NCBI GenBank assembly: GCA_016188965.1
Contig: JACPGT010000013.1
Coordinates: 66 to 64,065, forward strand
Direction of reading: 5' to 3'
DNA length: 64,000 nt
From: Candidatus Micrarchaeota archaeon
GTDB lineage: Archaea; Micrarchaeota; Micrarchaeia; Norongarragalinales; Norongarragalinaceae
Shown one piece after another: positions 1 to 9,378 of this stretch (its first letter is position 1; the number at the start of each line of letters is the position of its first letter). The notes under the pieces were generated by a model. It did not search any database and was not told the DNA's origin. It worked only from the letters and a program-made list of their open reading frames with translations. The position numbers and the translations under genes are program-made.

Positions 1-24
1 TTGGTTTACGTCAATCCGCGGAAT

Positions 25-390
25 TTATTGGTCGCGGGCGATGTTGTAGACTTCCTTCAACGCAATCAGGACCGCACCGGGCGCCACGAAGAACACCAAG
101 TTGCCCAAAATGCCTTGCAGCATCGTAGAAATGTTGCCGATGCCCAACGGGGTAGCCAGTACCGTCAGCATGCTGCTGAACGTTCCGGCGCCGATCATGA
201 TGGCGACGTTGGCCAACAAGTAGGCGTGGACTTCCTTATCCGTAATGTTCAGTAATGCTACGACAAGACCTAAAATCGCCAGGACGGCGACCATCCAGGC
301 CTGCGCCTGCATGAAACCCAATACGACGGACAACAATATACCCAAAATGAAGGCATACGAGCCCATCATGTTACCGCTTTGCTTAGCCAT
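25..390 (-). CDS. small integral membrane protein, paralog of 587..1000
   Basis: 121-aa hydrophobic ORF. Aligns over its full length with the next ORF (shared GSYAF, LGFMQA and GNLVFFVAPGAVLIAL blocks). Confidence 0.6.
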   Translation of the reverse strand: MAKQSGNMMGSYAFILGILLSVVLGFMQAQAWMVAVLAILGLVVALLNITDKEVHAYLLANVAIMIGAGTFSSMLTVLATPLGIGNISTMLQGILGNLVFFVAPGAVLIALKEVYNIARDQ

Positions 391-586
391 GGTTACCCAT
401 CACTCCGATATTTTCAGACCGATTCGCGGACCGTCGTAAAACGGCAGTCCTTGCGGTACGGTTCAAAAATACCAATAGCCATGGGGCAAATTCCGACGTA
501 TAAAGCAAACCGTTTACGACAAATGACGAAAAAGAAGGTCGCGTGGTTCCCGAAAAGGGAAAAAAAAGAAAAGACCGGGCCAGCGT

Positions 587-1000
587 TTAGGCCGTCCGGA
601 TGGTTTTGACCCAGTGGTTCAACGTCGAAGGCGTCTGGTTGCCCTGCGCCAAGGCATACACCTCGCTCAAGGCAATCAGCACGGCACCGGGAGCCACGAA
701 GAACACCAGGTTACCCAAGATGGATTGAAGCAAGACGGCCAATGACCCTAATCCCAACGGCGCCGTCAGGACGCTGAGCATGTTGGACAACGTGCCGACG
801 CCCACCATCAGGGCCACGTTATACAATAGGTACGAGCGGACTTCTTCATGCCGGATGTTCAGGCCGGCCACGACCAGGCCTAAGACCGCCATGATGGCGA
901 TGGCCCAGACCGGCGCCTGCATGAAGCCCAGCAGGACGGCTAACAATACGCCGAAGATGAAGGCGTACGAGCCGATTTGCCTCTTGGTTTTGTTCGCCAT
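587..1000 (-). CDS. small integral membrane protein, paralog of 25..390
   Basis: ORF 587..1030. The internal ATG at 1000 (MANKTKRQIGSYAF) aligns with the start of the paralog. A GGGGTGGG Shine-Dalgarno-like run lies just upstream. Confidence 0.6.
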   Translation of the reverse strand: MANKTKRQIGSYAFIFGVLLAVLLGFMQAPVWAIAIMAVLGLVVAGLNIRHEEVRSYLLYNVALMVGVGTLSNMLSVLTAPLGLGSLAVLLQSILGNLVFFVAPGAVLIALSEVYALAQGNQTPSTLNHWVKTIRTA

Positions 1001-1235
1001 GGTTCTATCCCACCCCTTTTGTTTTTGCAACCCGTACGGTACGGGTTCAAAATGCTACTACGCACGGTGTAGAACGGGGCGTAAAAGCCATCCGGCGGAC
1101 GTCGGACGACGAATGGAATTGTTCGGTTTTGAACAAGGCCAAAGGCCCGTATGGCCGCAGCCCGTCGGAAAAATACCCGGCTTAAGGAAGACGCGAAATC
1201 ACGCATGCACGCCTTTACCAAGGAAGTTCTCACAT

Positions 1236-1286
1236 GGTCGCCCCGGGGGAAGCGTCCCCCTGGAGCGCCCTGCTCCTCGCCCCCTC
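1236..1286 (+). repeat. solo copy of 51-nt GC-rich hairpin repeat (family M1: GGTCGCCCCGG-hairpin-CCTGG...CCTCGCCCCCTC)
   Basis: Near-identical to 38702..38752. Related, on the opposite strand, to 49778..49832, where the hairpin stem differs by compensatory changes. Confidence 0.7.
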
Positions 1287-1301
1287 ACAAAAGCCGAGGA
1301 A

Positions 1302-2720
1302 TCACGAATGAACCCCTTTGCCTAGAAAATTCTCCATCGCTTCGGTCAAACCTTCGGACAAAGTAGGGTGTGGATGTATGCTCAAGGCGAAGTCTTCCAC
1401 GGACGCGCCCAATTCGATGGCCAAGACGGCCTCGCCGATGAGTTCGCCGGCATCCGGGCCCACGATCTGCACGCCCAAGATAGTGTTGTCCTCCGAAGCG
1501 ACGACTTTGACGAAGCCGTCACCGGCATTCATCGATAAGGCGCGGCCGGAGGCTTGAAACGGAAATTTGGCCGCCTTGACATGCAGGCCTTGCTTCTTGG
1601 CCTCTTCCTCACTTAAGCCGGCGGAGGCGATTTCCGGGTCGCAGAAGATGACGGAGGGAATGACTTTGGCCAAAAACGCCACGTTGTGGCCCGCGGCATG
1701 CTCGCCAGCGACTTTTCCCTCCAAATAGGCCTTGTGAGCCAAAAGGGGCCCGCCTCGGACGTCGCCGATGGCATAAATATGCGGCTGGTTCGTCTGCATG
1801 CTGATGTTCGTCACGATAAACCCCTTGGAATCGGTCTTGACCCGCGCTTTTTCCAACGCTAAGCCCTCGACGTAAGGCCGGTGGCCCACGCAGACGAGAA
1901 CATAGTCCGTGTAGACGTTGCCGCCGGACGTGCGGACCGTCAAAGCCGCGTCACCGCCTACTTTTTGGCCGGCGGACGGCGTGGTTTCGGAATATCCTTC
2001 CACTTTACAATTGAGCTTGAGTTCGACGCCGAGTTCCTTCATGCGTTTTTCCAGAAGCTTCCGCGTTTCGTTGTCCGCCTGCGGCAAGAACGAAGGCATT
2101 CCTTCCAAAATGGTGACGTGCGATCCGAGTTTGGCGTACATGAAGCCCAACTCCAGGCCGATGTACCCCGCACCGATGACCACGAGGCGCTTGGGAATCT
2201 CCGTCAATTCCAAGGCCTTGCGGGAATTCCAGATGCGGGCCTGGCGGTACGAAAAACCGGGAATCTCGATGCTTTTCGAACCCGTGGCGATGATGGCTTT
2301 GCCGAATTCGATGCCTTGCTTGCCGTCCGGCAGATGGATCAAGGCGCGGTTGGGCGATTCGAACTGGGCCACGCCTTGGATGACCGTCACGCCGCGCTTT
2401 TGGCACAAGTGCTCGATGCCGCGGCAGAGCTGGCCGACGACCTTTTCCTTCCAAGCCCGAAGTTTAGCCACATCAACGGAAGTCGAAGCCGTAAGCCCGA
2501 TTTCTTCGGCGTGGCGGGCGTCTTCAACGAAGTTGGCGGCGTGAATGAGCGTCTTGGAGGGGATGCAGCCGTAGTGGAGGCACATGCCGCCGAGGCGTTC
2601 CTTTTCCACCAACGTGACGGACTTTCCTAAGGCAGCGGCTCGAAGGGCAGCCACGTAGCCGCCGGGTCCGCCGCCGATGACGAGTAAGTCGGTCTGTTGG
2701 GGTAAGTCACCCATCACCAT
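1302..2720 (-). CDS. lpdA: dihydrolipoamide dehydrogenase (E3)
   Basis: GGGPGGY FAD-binding motif, redox-active CLHYGCIPSK disulfide and C-terminal HPHPTLSE interface motif. 472 aa. Confidence 0.93.
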   Translation of the reverse strand: MVMGDLPQQTDLLVIGGGPGGYVAALRAAALGKSVTLVEKERLGGMCLHYGCIPSKTLIHAANFVEDARHAEEIGLTASTSVDVAKLRAWKEKVVGQLCRGIEHLCQKRGVTVIQGVAQFESPNRALIHLPDGKQGIEFGKAIIATGSKSIEIPGFSYRQARIWNSRKALELTEIPKRLVVIGAGYIGLELGFMYAKLGSHVTILEGMPSFLPQADNETRKLLEKRMKELGVELKLNCKVEGYSETTPSAGQKVGGDAALTVRTSGGNVYTDYVLVCVGHRPYVEGLALEKARVKTDSKGFIVTNISMQTNQPHIYAIGDVRGGPLLAHKAYLEGKVAGEHAAGHNVAFLAKVIPSVIFCDPEIASAGLSEEEAKKQGLHVKAAKFPFQASGRALSMNAGDGFVKVVASEDNTILGVQIVGPDAGELIGEAVLAIELGASVEDFALSIHPHPTLSEGLTEAMENFLGKGVHS

Positions 2721-2745
2721 GAGTATTCAACTCCGTAAATCAGCA

Positions 2746-4353
2746 TCAGATGTCGCCCACGAGCAAACCCTCGGGATTTTCCAAGTGCTTCTTGACTTCC
2801 ATAACGAACAACGCGGCCGCCGCGCCGTCGTTCAGCCGATGGTCAAAGGTTAGGCACAACGGGAGGAATTGGCGGGCCTCGACTTTGGGCGCGGATTTGG
2901 ACGGCTTGGCCTTGGAATCGGTTGCGTTCTTTTTCGCGGGCGCAAAGGCCGGCCGCGTCTGCATGCGCATGACGCCTAAAATCGCGGCTTCCGGAGGGTT
3001 GATCAGCGGCGTAGCATAGATGCCGCCCGCGGAGCCGATGTTGGTGATGGTGAACGTGCTGCCGGACAACTCGTCGGCCTTCAGACTGCGCTCTTTTGCC
3101 TTGGTGGCCAACAACTGCACTTGTTGGGCGATGTCAAAGACCGACTTTTTGTCCGCGTCCTTCAACACGGGTACCATCAGACCGATGGGCGTGTCCACGG
3201 CGATGCCCACGTCATAATACTTCTTCAACACCACTTCGCCTTTTTCATCGTCCAACGACGCGTTGAAGTCTGGAAACTCCTGCAATGCCTTGCACACGGC
3301 CTTGACCACGAACGGCAACAACGTCAGCTTGACGCCCTTCTCGTCAGCGTGGACTTTCTCTTTTTCGCGGATTTTCCAAAGCTCGGTGACGTCCGCCTCG
3401 TCCACGTGCGTCACCGTCGGCAAGGCCGCGGACCAACTCAAGCGCTCGGAAATGATTTTGCGGACCGGAGTGAACGGCTTGCGGATTTCCGTGCCGTAAG
3501 GACGGGATACTACATGGATGCGGCGAGTGGCAGCGGAAGGCGCGGGCACCGATACGGAAACGGGGGATGCCGGAACGGAAGCGGCAGTCGGAGCCGATGC
3601 GGACATTGCCGTGGATTGCGGGGCGTTCGCGTTGCGGACGTCGTCCTCCGTGATGCGGCCGCCGGTGCCCGAACCTTGGACGCGGCCCAAGTCGACGCCC
3701 AATTCGAACGCCAGTTTCCGGACCGACGGAGCGGCCTTGATCAAGGCCGGATGAATCGACGGACCTGCCGCAGCCTGGCGGTATTGACTGGATGAGGCCG
3801 GAAGCTCAGATGAAGCGCCTTGGGCATCCTTTGAAGCGGAACTCTTCGCGGACTGCACATCACTTTCCGTGACGAGGCCACCCGGACCGCTGCCGTTCAC
3901 GCGATTCAAGTCCACGCCGAGTTGTTGCGCCAACTTGCGGACGGCTGGCGTGGCCTTGGGCGCGGACGTTGCCGAAAGCGAAGCGGAAGTCGGTGCCGAA
4001 ACCGGGGGCTTGGATACCGGGACGGTTGGCGAAGAAGACGTTGTGACCGGCGCGGCGGGGGAAGAAGGGTGGCCGGAAGATACCGCGGAAGCCGTGACAG
4101 CGGGAATGGATTCACCGGGCTGGCCCACGGTGACCAAAGAGTCGCCCACGTGCATGATTTGGCCGACGGATGCGTGAAGCTTCAGGACGGTGCCGGTCTT
4201 GGATGAGGGAATCTCCACGACGGCCTTGTCCGTCTCGATTTCGCACAACGGCTGATCTTCTTTGATGGCCTCGCCTTCCGCAACGCGCCATTGGACGAGT
4301 TTCCCCTCGTGGATGCCTTCGCCTACGTCGGTGAATAAGATTGTCTCGGCCAT
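2746..4353 (-). CDS. dihydrolipoamide acyltransferase (E2): one lipoyl domain, two peripheral-subunit-binding domains, catalytic domain
   Basis: Lipoyl-lysine motif EIETDKA. Two PSBD-like segments (PAVRKLAQQLGVDL..GSGPGG and PSVRKLAFELGVDL..GSGTGG). Catalytic DHRLNDGA motif. Start taken at ATG 4353 (MAETILF), 8 nt after the E1-beta stop; GTG 4374 is the alternative. Confidence 0.9.
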   Translation of the reverse strand: MAETILFTDVGEGIHEGKLVQWRVAEGEAIKEDQPLCEIETDKAVVEIPSSKTGTVLKLHASVGQIMHVGDSLVTVGQPGESIPAVTASAVSSGHPSSPAAPVTTSSSPTVPVSKPPVSAPTSASLSATSAPKATPAVRKLAQQLGVDLNRVNGSGPGGLVTESDVQSAKSSASKDAQGASSELPASSSQYRQAAAGPSIHPALIKAAPSVRKLAFELGVDLGRVQGSGTGGRITEDDVRNANAPQSTAMSASAPTAASVPASPVSVSVPAPSAATRRIHVVSRPYGTEIRKPFTPVRKIISERLSWSAALPTVTHVDEADVTELWKIREKEKVHADEKGVKLTLLPFVVKAVCKALQEFPDFNASLDDEKGEVVLKKYYDVGIAVDTPIGLMVPVLKDADKKSVFDIAQQVQLLATKAKERSLKADELSGSTFTITNIGSAGGIYATPLINPPEAAILGVMRMQTRPAFAPAKKNATDSKAKPSKSAPKVEARQFLPLCLTFDHRLNDGAAAALFVMEVKKHLENPEGLLVGDI

Positions 4354-4361
4354 TTTACCGC

Positions 4362-5330
4362 TTACGCCTCGCACGCTTTTTGAAGTGCTTTTGCAATGCG
4401 TTGCGGACTCGGAATATAATAGTCTTCGCGGCGGGCCAGCGGCATGGGTACGTCGTAGCCGCCCACGCGCAAGATGGGCCCTTTGAGGTCATACATGGCT
4501 TCTTGCGCCACGCAGGCGGCGATTTCGGCGCCGAATCCGCCGGTAATGGGGGCTTCGTGAGCGATGACCAAGCGGCCGGTCTTGCGAACGGATTGCAACA
4601 CCAAATCGCGGTCCCACGGCGAAATCGTGCGCAAATCGATGACTTCCACGGATTTGCCCGAGTCAGCCGCGGCCTGAAGCGAAGGCTTGGCCATGGAGCC
4701 CCACGATACCAGCGTCACATCCGAGCCTTCCTGTCGGATGACGGCCTCGCCCAGCGGGATGGCGTACAGTTCGTCGGGTACTTCCTGCTTGAACGCACGG
4801 TAATACTTGGACGGTTCCAGGAAAATAACGGGGTCCGGTTCGCGGATGCTCTGCACCAAAAGCCCTTTGGCGTCGTACGGCGTGGACGGGATGACGACTT
4901 TCAAACCGGCCACGTGGGCGTACAGCGCCTCCATGCTTTCCGAGTGGTGTTCCAAGGCCCGGATGCCGCCAGAACACGGCGCCCGAACCACCAAAGGACA
5001 CGTGAATTGTCCTTGCGAGCGCATGCGCAAGCGGGCGGCGTGGTTGAACAACTGGTTGATGGCCGGATAGATGAAGCCCGCGAATTGGATTTCCGCCACC
5101 GGGCGGAAGCCGTACGCCGCAAGACCGATTGCCGCGCCCACGATGGCGGACTCCGCCAGAGGCGTGTCGATGGCGCGATCTTCGCCGAACTTGGCATGCA
5201 AGCCGTCGGTTGCGCGGAAGACGCCGCCGTCCACGCCGACGTCCTCGCCCATGACCAAAACCATCGGGTCGCGCTCCATTTCCTGGCGCAAGGCTTCATT
5301 GATCGCGGCAATCAGGGTTTTTTCGCTCAT
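4362..5330 (-). CDS. 2-oxoacid (pyruvate) dehydrogenase E1 component, beta subunit
   Basis: 322 aa with a typical transketolase-like pyrimidine-binding and C-terminal domain sequence (GEDVG..GGVF, PLAE, RAPxxGG). Sits between E1-alpha and E2. Confidence 0.9.
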   Translation of the reverse strand: MSEKTLIAAINEALRQEMERDPMVLVMGEDVGVDGGVFRATDGLHAKFGEDRAIDTPLAESAIVGAAIGLAAYGFRPVAEIQFAGFIYPAINQLFNHAARLRMRSQGQFTCPLVVRAPCSGGIRALEHHSESMEALYAHVAGLKVVIPSTPYDAKGLLVQSIREPDPVIFLEPSKYYRAFKQEVPDELYAIPLGEAVIRQEGSDVTLVSWGSMAKPSLQAAADSGKSVEVIDLRTISPWDRDLVLQSVRKTGRLVIAHEAPITGGFGAEIAACVAQEAMYDLKGPILRVGGYDVPMPLARREDYYIPSPQRIAKALQKACEA

Positions 5331-5355
5331 AGGTCAGAATCGCCTTTTGGACTTT

Positions 5356-6420
5356 TCAATCGCCTTTCAAAAAGGCATCGCGCTGTTCCGCTAGGTTCCA
5401 CGGCTTCTGTTCGTACACGAAGTCAAACATGGTTTCAGGAGCCGCGGAGAATCCTTCCGCCGTCTTGACCGCGGCCTCGATGCGTTGAACCGCGGCCTGC
5501 TCGACCTGTTGCTTGTATTCCGGCGTGAAGATTTTGCGTGCGGAAAGGTAGGCCTCGAAGCGCAGCAGCGGGTCGCGTTTTTTCCAAGGCTCCACTTCGG
5601 CATCGGTGCGGTACTTCTTCGGGTCGTCCGCCGTCGTGTGCATGGTCATGCGGTAGGTGAGGCATTCGACCAGCGTGGGCCCTTCGCCCTTGAGCGCGCG
5701 CTCGCGGGCCTTCTTCACGGCGGCATACACGGCCAGCACGTCGTTGCCGTCCACCTGGATGCCCCACGCGCCGTACGCCAGCGCCTTCTGGGCGACCGTC
5801 TGGGAGGCCATCTGTTTGTTCAGCGGAACGGAAATGGCCCAGTGGTTGTTCTGGCACAGCAGGACCAAGGGAGTCTTGTGGACGGAGGAGAAATTGAACG
5901 CTTCGTGAAAATCGCCTTCGGACGTGGCGCCGTCCCCGAAGCACACCATGGCCAATTTGGCGTGCTTTTTCAGCTTCATGCCCCACGCCATGCCCGCCGC
6001 CATGGGCAAGTGGTTGCCGACGGTGATGGACAAAGGAAAAACGTTGACGCCTTGCGGCATGGCGAGGCCTTCTTCAAAACCCATCCAGTATTCGAAAAGC
6101 TGCTCGATGGGCGCGTTCCGGACCAAATAAGTCCCGTGGTCACGGTAGGTGGGAAACACGACGTCGTCCGGACCCAAGGCGTGCATGGCCCCCACCTGGG
6201 CGGCTTCCTGTCCCTCCATGGGCGCGTAGGTGTACATGCGGCCTTGCCGTTGCAAGGAAACGGCTTTGCGGTCGAAAAGGCGGCAAAGCACCATGTGTTC
6301 GTACATCGCCTTCAGTTGGGCGTCGGACAATTTCGGTTCCATTTTCTTGTCGGCGACGCCATTTTCGTCCAGCACCTGCCAGTACTCGACCTTGCCTTCA
6401 AATGCGGTTTTGCTGACCAT
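5356..6420 (-). CDS. 2-oxoacid (pyruvate) dehydrogenase E1 component, alpha subunit (TPP-binding)
   Basis: TPP motif GDGATSEGDFHEAFNF. The start ATG at 6420 overlaps the lipA stop by 1 nt (TGATG). The longer track ORF to 6507 runs into lipA. Confidence 0.9.
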   Translation of the reverse strand: MVSKTAFEGKVEYWQVLDENGVADKKMEPKLSDAQLKAMYEHMVLCRLFDRKAVSLQRQGRMYTYAPMEGQEAAQVGAMHALGPDDVVFPTYRDHGTYLVRNAPIEQLFEYWMGFEEGLAMPQGVNVFPLSITVGNHLPMAAGMAWGMKLKKHAKLAMVCFGDGATSEGDFHEAFNFSSVHKTPLVLLCQNNHWAISVPLNKQMASQTVAQKALAYGAWGIQVDGNDVLAVYAAVKKARERALKGEGPTLVECLTYRMTMHTTADDPKKYRTDAEVEPWKKRDPLLRFEAYLSARKIFTPEYKQQVEQAAVQRIEAAVKTAEGFSAAPETMFDFVYEQKPWNLAEQRDAFLKGD

Positions 6421-7331
6421 CAGGCTCGTTGCCTCCGTCGGATCAAATTCTGGATGAAGAATTCCCCGGCCCGGTATGAACTGCGCACGAACGGGCCGGA
6501 CGCGCAATAAAGAAAGCCCTTGGATTCCGCCATTTCACGGTAAGCGTCGAATCGCTCCGGGGTGACGTATTCATGTACCGGCAGATGAAGCCGGCTTGGC
6601 CGTAAGTATTGGCCGAACGTGACGACGTCCACATCAGCGGCGAGGAGGTCATCCAATGTTTGATTGATTTCGGCCTCGTTTTCGCCCAATCCGAGCATCA
6701 AGGACGATTTGGTATACGCCGCGCCCATTTTCTTGGCTTCGCGCAAAACGCCGAGCGACTGATCATAATTGGCACGCGGGTCCCGCACGCCCTTCTGCAG
6801 GCGGCGAGTTGTCTCCACGTTGTGGGCAAAGACGTCCGGTTTGGCCTTGACAATGGTGCGGACATGTTCCGCATTGCCGCGGAAATCCGGAGTCAACACC
6901 TCCACCAGCAAGTCCGGGTTGCGGGATTTGAGTTGCTGGATGCATTCCGCGAAATGGTTGGCGCCCTGATCCGGCAAATCATCTCGGTCCACCGACGTGA
7001 TGACGACGTAATCCAGGCCCCAACCCTGAACGGCTTCGGCGATTTTCTGCGGCTCCATAGGGTCCACGGGTTGGCCGTTGCGGGACGTCTTGACGGCACA
7101 GAAGCGACAACCCCGCGTACAGGTGTCGCCTAAGACCATGAACGTGGCCGTGCCGCCGGACCAGCACTCCGTCAGATTCGGGCACTGCGCCTCTTCACAG
7201 ACCGTCACCAGGCCCATCTCGTGCACGGTGCGCGTGACGCTTGCAAACGGTTCGCCATGACCGGGCTTGATGCGCAGCCAGGAGGGTTTTTCCAACGCGG
7301 AATCGGCCGATACGGTAAGCGGGATGGACAT
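6420..7331 (-). CDS. lipA: lipoyl synthase (radical SAM)
   Basis: N-terminal CxxxxCxxxxxC cluster ([12 protein letters not shown]) and radical-SAM CTRGCRFC motif. 303 aa. Confidence 0.93.
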   Translation of the reverse strand: MSIPLTVSADSALEKPSWLRIKPGHGEPFASVTRTVHEMGLVTVCEEAQCPNLTECWSGGTATFMVLGDTCTRGCRFCAVKTSRNGQPVDPMEPQKIAEAVQGWGLDYVVITSVDRDDLPDQGANHFAECIQQLKSRNPDLLVEVLTPDFRGNAEHVRTIVKAKPDVFAHNVETTRRLQKGVRDPRANYDQSLGVLREAKKMGAAYTKSSLMLGLGENEAEINQTLDDLLAADVDVVTFGQYLRPSRLHLPVHEYVTPERFDAYREMAESKGFLYCASGPFVRSSYRAGEFFIQNLIRRRQRA

Positions 7332-7421
7332 GGAAAAAAGCCTTGGTAGTCTTCAACGCCCCCAATCAATAAAAACGAATGAAGATTCGACAATCAACGT
7401 CAAACGGTTGCGGGTGGAGAA

Positions 7422-8129
7422 TCATCGCATGCCGAGCCATTCGTCGGAGCGGTACTTTCCGGCGAACGTGTAGGCCAGCCCAAGCTGCTCTTCCGATACG
7501 CCCATGGGCTCCAAATTCATACCGTAGTGTTCCTCGAATCCGTCCGCCACGGCGCGTTCGACGTCTCCGAACGATTTACCGATTCCGATGACGCGTTGCT
7601 TGACGTCCGAAATGAGCTTGCCCTTCATCTTCTCGGAAGGCACCTTGAGCAAGTCGAACATGCGGTCCACGTCCACGCTCAAGAGGATGGTGCCGTGTTG
7701 CAGCAGGACGCCGCCACGGCGCGTCTGGGCGTTGCCCGAGAATTTCTTGCCGTTGACGATCAGGTCATTCAAAGGCGCGAATTGGCCGTCCACGCCGATT
7801 TTCTTCAGACCCAGCAAGATGCCAGCGCAGATGTCCCGGTACGAGTCCAAGATGTTGCCGCCGAACTGCCGCGTGACGAACGAATACGTCAATTCATCCG
7901 CATGGTACACTGCTCCTCCGCCGGTCACCCTCCGGACGACGTCGACACCATGGCGCTTGCAGGCATCCAAATCCACTTCCTCCTCCAAGCCCTGAAAATA
8001 GCCGATGGACACGGCATGCGGCTTCCAACCGTACAGCCGCAGGACGGGTTCCTGGCAGGTCCGCATCAAGGCCTCGTCGATGCCCATGTTGAGGTACGCG
8101 TCGGAAAAACCGGTTTTCAGAAGTTTCAT
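7422..8129 (-). CDS. lplA: lipoate-protein ligase A, catalytic (N-terminal) subunit
   Basis: 235 aa with a BPL/LplA catalytic-domain-like sequence (RRVTGGGAVYHD, KKFSGNAQ). Lacks the C-terminal accessory domain, which the upstream gene encodes. Confidence 0.85.
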   Translation of the reverse strand: MKLLKTGFSDAYLNMGIDEALMRTCQEPVLRLYGWKPHAVSIGYFQGLEEEVDLDACKRHGVDVVRRVTGGGAVYHADELTYSFVTRQFGGNILDSYRDICAGILLGLKKIGVDGQFAPLNDLIVNGKKFSGNAQTRRGGVLLQHGTILLSVDVDRMFDLLKVPSEKMKGKLISDVKQRVIGIGKSFGDVERAVADGFEEHYGMNLEPMGVSEEQLGLAYTFAGKYRSDEWLGMR

Positions 8130-8156
8130 GAATACGAACCTTGGATTCGATAAAAA

Positions 8157-8441
8157 TCAAACGGGCTTGGGCTCCTTTCCGGCCGCCATCAGGATAGCCG
8201 ACGTCAAATCGGAAGCGGAAAAGCCGAAGACCTGCACCCGGGCCGAAAAAGCGGCGATGTACCCTTCCAGTGCACCGCGCTCCAGCGCCACGCCCTGCAG
8301 GCCGGATTCCAGCTCAACAATGGCGTCTTCCGGATACAGGAAGAAATCGCCGTGGATGGTGACGGATTGGAGGCAGTCGCCGTCATGCTCGACGCTGACT
8401 TTCAGAAGCTTCTGCGACTTGAAGACGGAAGAGCCTTTCAT
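8157..8441 (-). CDS. lplB: lipoate-protein ligase accessory (C-terminal domain) subunit
   Basis: Small protein (start at internal ATG 8441, MKGSSVFK) with the HGDFF motif typical of the LplA C-terminal domain. Immediately upstream of lplA, as in split archaeal ligases. Confidence 0.65.
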   Translation of the reverse strand: MKGSSVFKSQKLLKVSVEHDGDCLQSVTIHGDFFLYPEDAIVELESGLQGVALERGALEGYIAAFSARVQVFGFSASDLTSAILMAAGKEPKPV

Positions 8442-8503
8442 CAAGGCAACAAAGAGACAAAACAGGTATAAAAAACGGCGGGACCGCGACAACCGACGCG
8501 CCA

Positions 8504-9004
8504 TCAGAATAACTTGTGGCCGCCGCCTTCACCGAGAAAATCGTTGACTTCCTCCTCTTCCTGGCCTTTGGCCGCGGGCGGGATTGACGCGGCTTCGGAA
8601 AACATGTCCATTCCGGCAGGCGCGCTGGGCGTCGGGACGGGTTCAGCCGGCAGGTACTCCAACGCCTGCCGAAGCGCGCGGGACAGGCTCTCGGCAAGTT
8701 GCTCGTCGCGCACGTGCACGTCTTCTATGACGAGGAAGACGTATTTGGATTCCAGGATTTCGACATCCGCGACCTTGTCGCGCATGAACGACATCTCATG
8801 CTCGTTGTCGCTTTCCGTCGTCACGGCCGCGATGACGGCGTCGACGCCCTGCGCGAACAGCTTGCGGCACGCTGCCGGCACCTTGAACGGATTCGGCGCC
8901 GTCAGCCGGACCGCCTGGACGTTGGCCTGCTGGTCCACCAAAGGCGAGAAGATAGAGTAGGCATCCTTCGAATTGGTCCTGCAATCCAAGAAACCGACGC
9001 GCAT
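8504..9004 (-). CDS. archaeal riboflavin-synthase-like / lumazine-synthase-fold protein with acidic tail (function uncertain)
   Basis: MRVGFLD..VPAACRKLF.QGVDAVIAAV and a later FLVIEDVHV segment resemble archaeal RibC, but the N-terminal substrate motif is not conserved. ATG at 9004; TTG 9025 is possible. Confidence 0.35.
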   Translation of the reverse strand: MRVGFLDCRTNSKDAYSIFSPLVDQQANVQAVRLTAPNPFKVPAACRKLFAQGVDAVIAAVTTESDNEHEMSFMRDKVADVEILESKYVFLVIEDVHVRDEQLAESLSRALRQALEYLPAEPVPTPSAPAGMDMFSEAASIPPAAKGQEEEEVNDFLGEGGGHKLF

Positions 9005-9057
9005 ATCGTTGGAAAAGGCGGACAAGTTAATTAAGGTTTATTGTCCTTGACCCAGAC

Positions 9058-9360
9058 ATGCCGGAATTGCATGCCGAAGTCATTCGACGCAGGCTACAGA
9101 ACCAGGGTTGGAAAGTCAGACCTGCATCGGGAGAGCCCGGCCAGATCGAAGTCCACTTGGAAGAAAACAGGGGCAAAGGAACGCAAAGCGTCGTGGAGAA
9201 AAAACTACAGGAAGAAGCCAAAAAAGTGGCCGAATTTCTCAAAGCCGAAGCGGGCCGCCGGGTCAGCACGCATGTCGGAAAAGTTTTCGCCCTCGGAGAC
9301 GTGGATCAGCACGGCGGATGGAAGACGCCGACACGCGGATTCTACATCCAGTTCGTATGA
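9058..9360 (+). CDS. hypothetical small protein
   Basis: 100-aa ORF with G/C-biased third positions in an otherwise empty interval. No recognisable motif. Confidence 0.45.
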   Translation: MPELHAEVIRRRLQNQGWKVRPASGEPGQIEVHLEENRGKGTQSVVEKKLQEEAKKVAEFLKAEAGRRVSTHVGKVFALGDVDQHGGWKTPTRGFYIQFV

Positions 9361-9378
9361 CGGCTCCGCCCGGCAACG

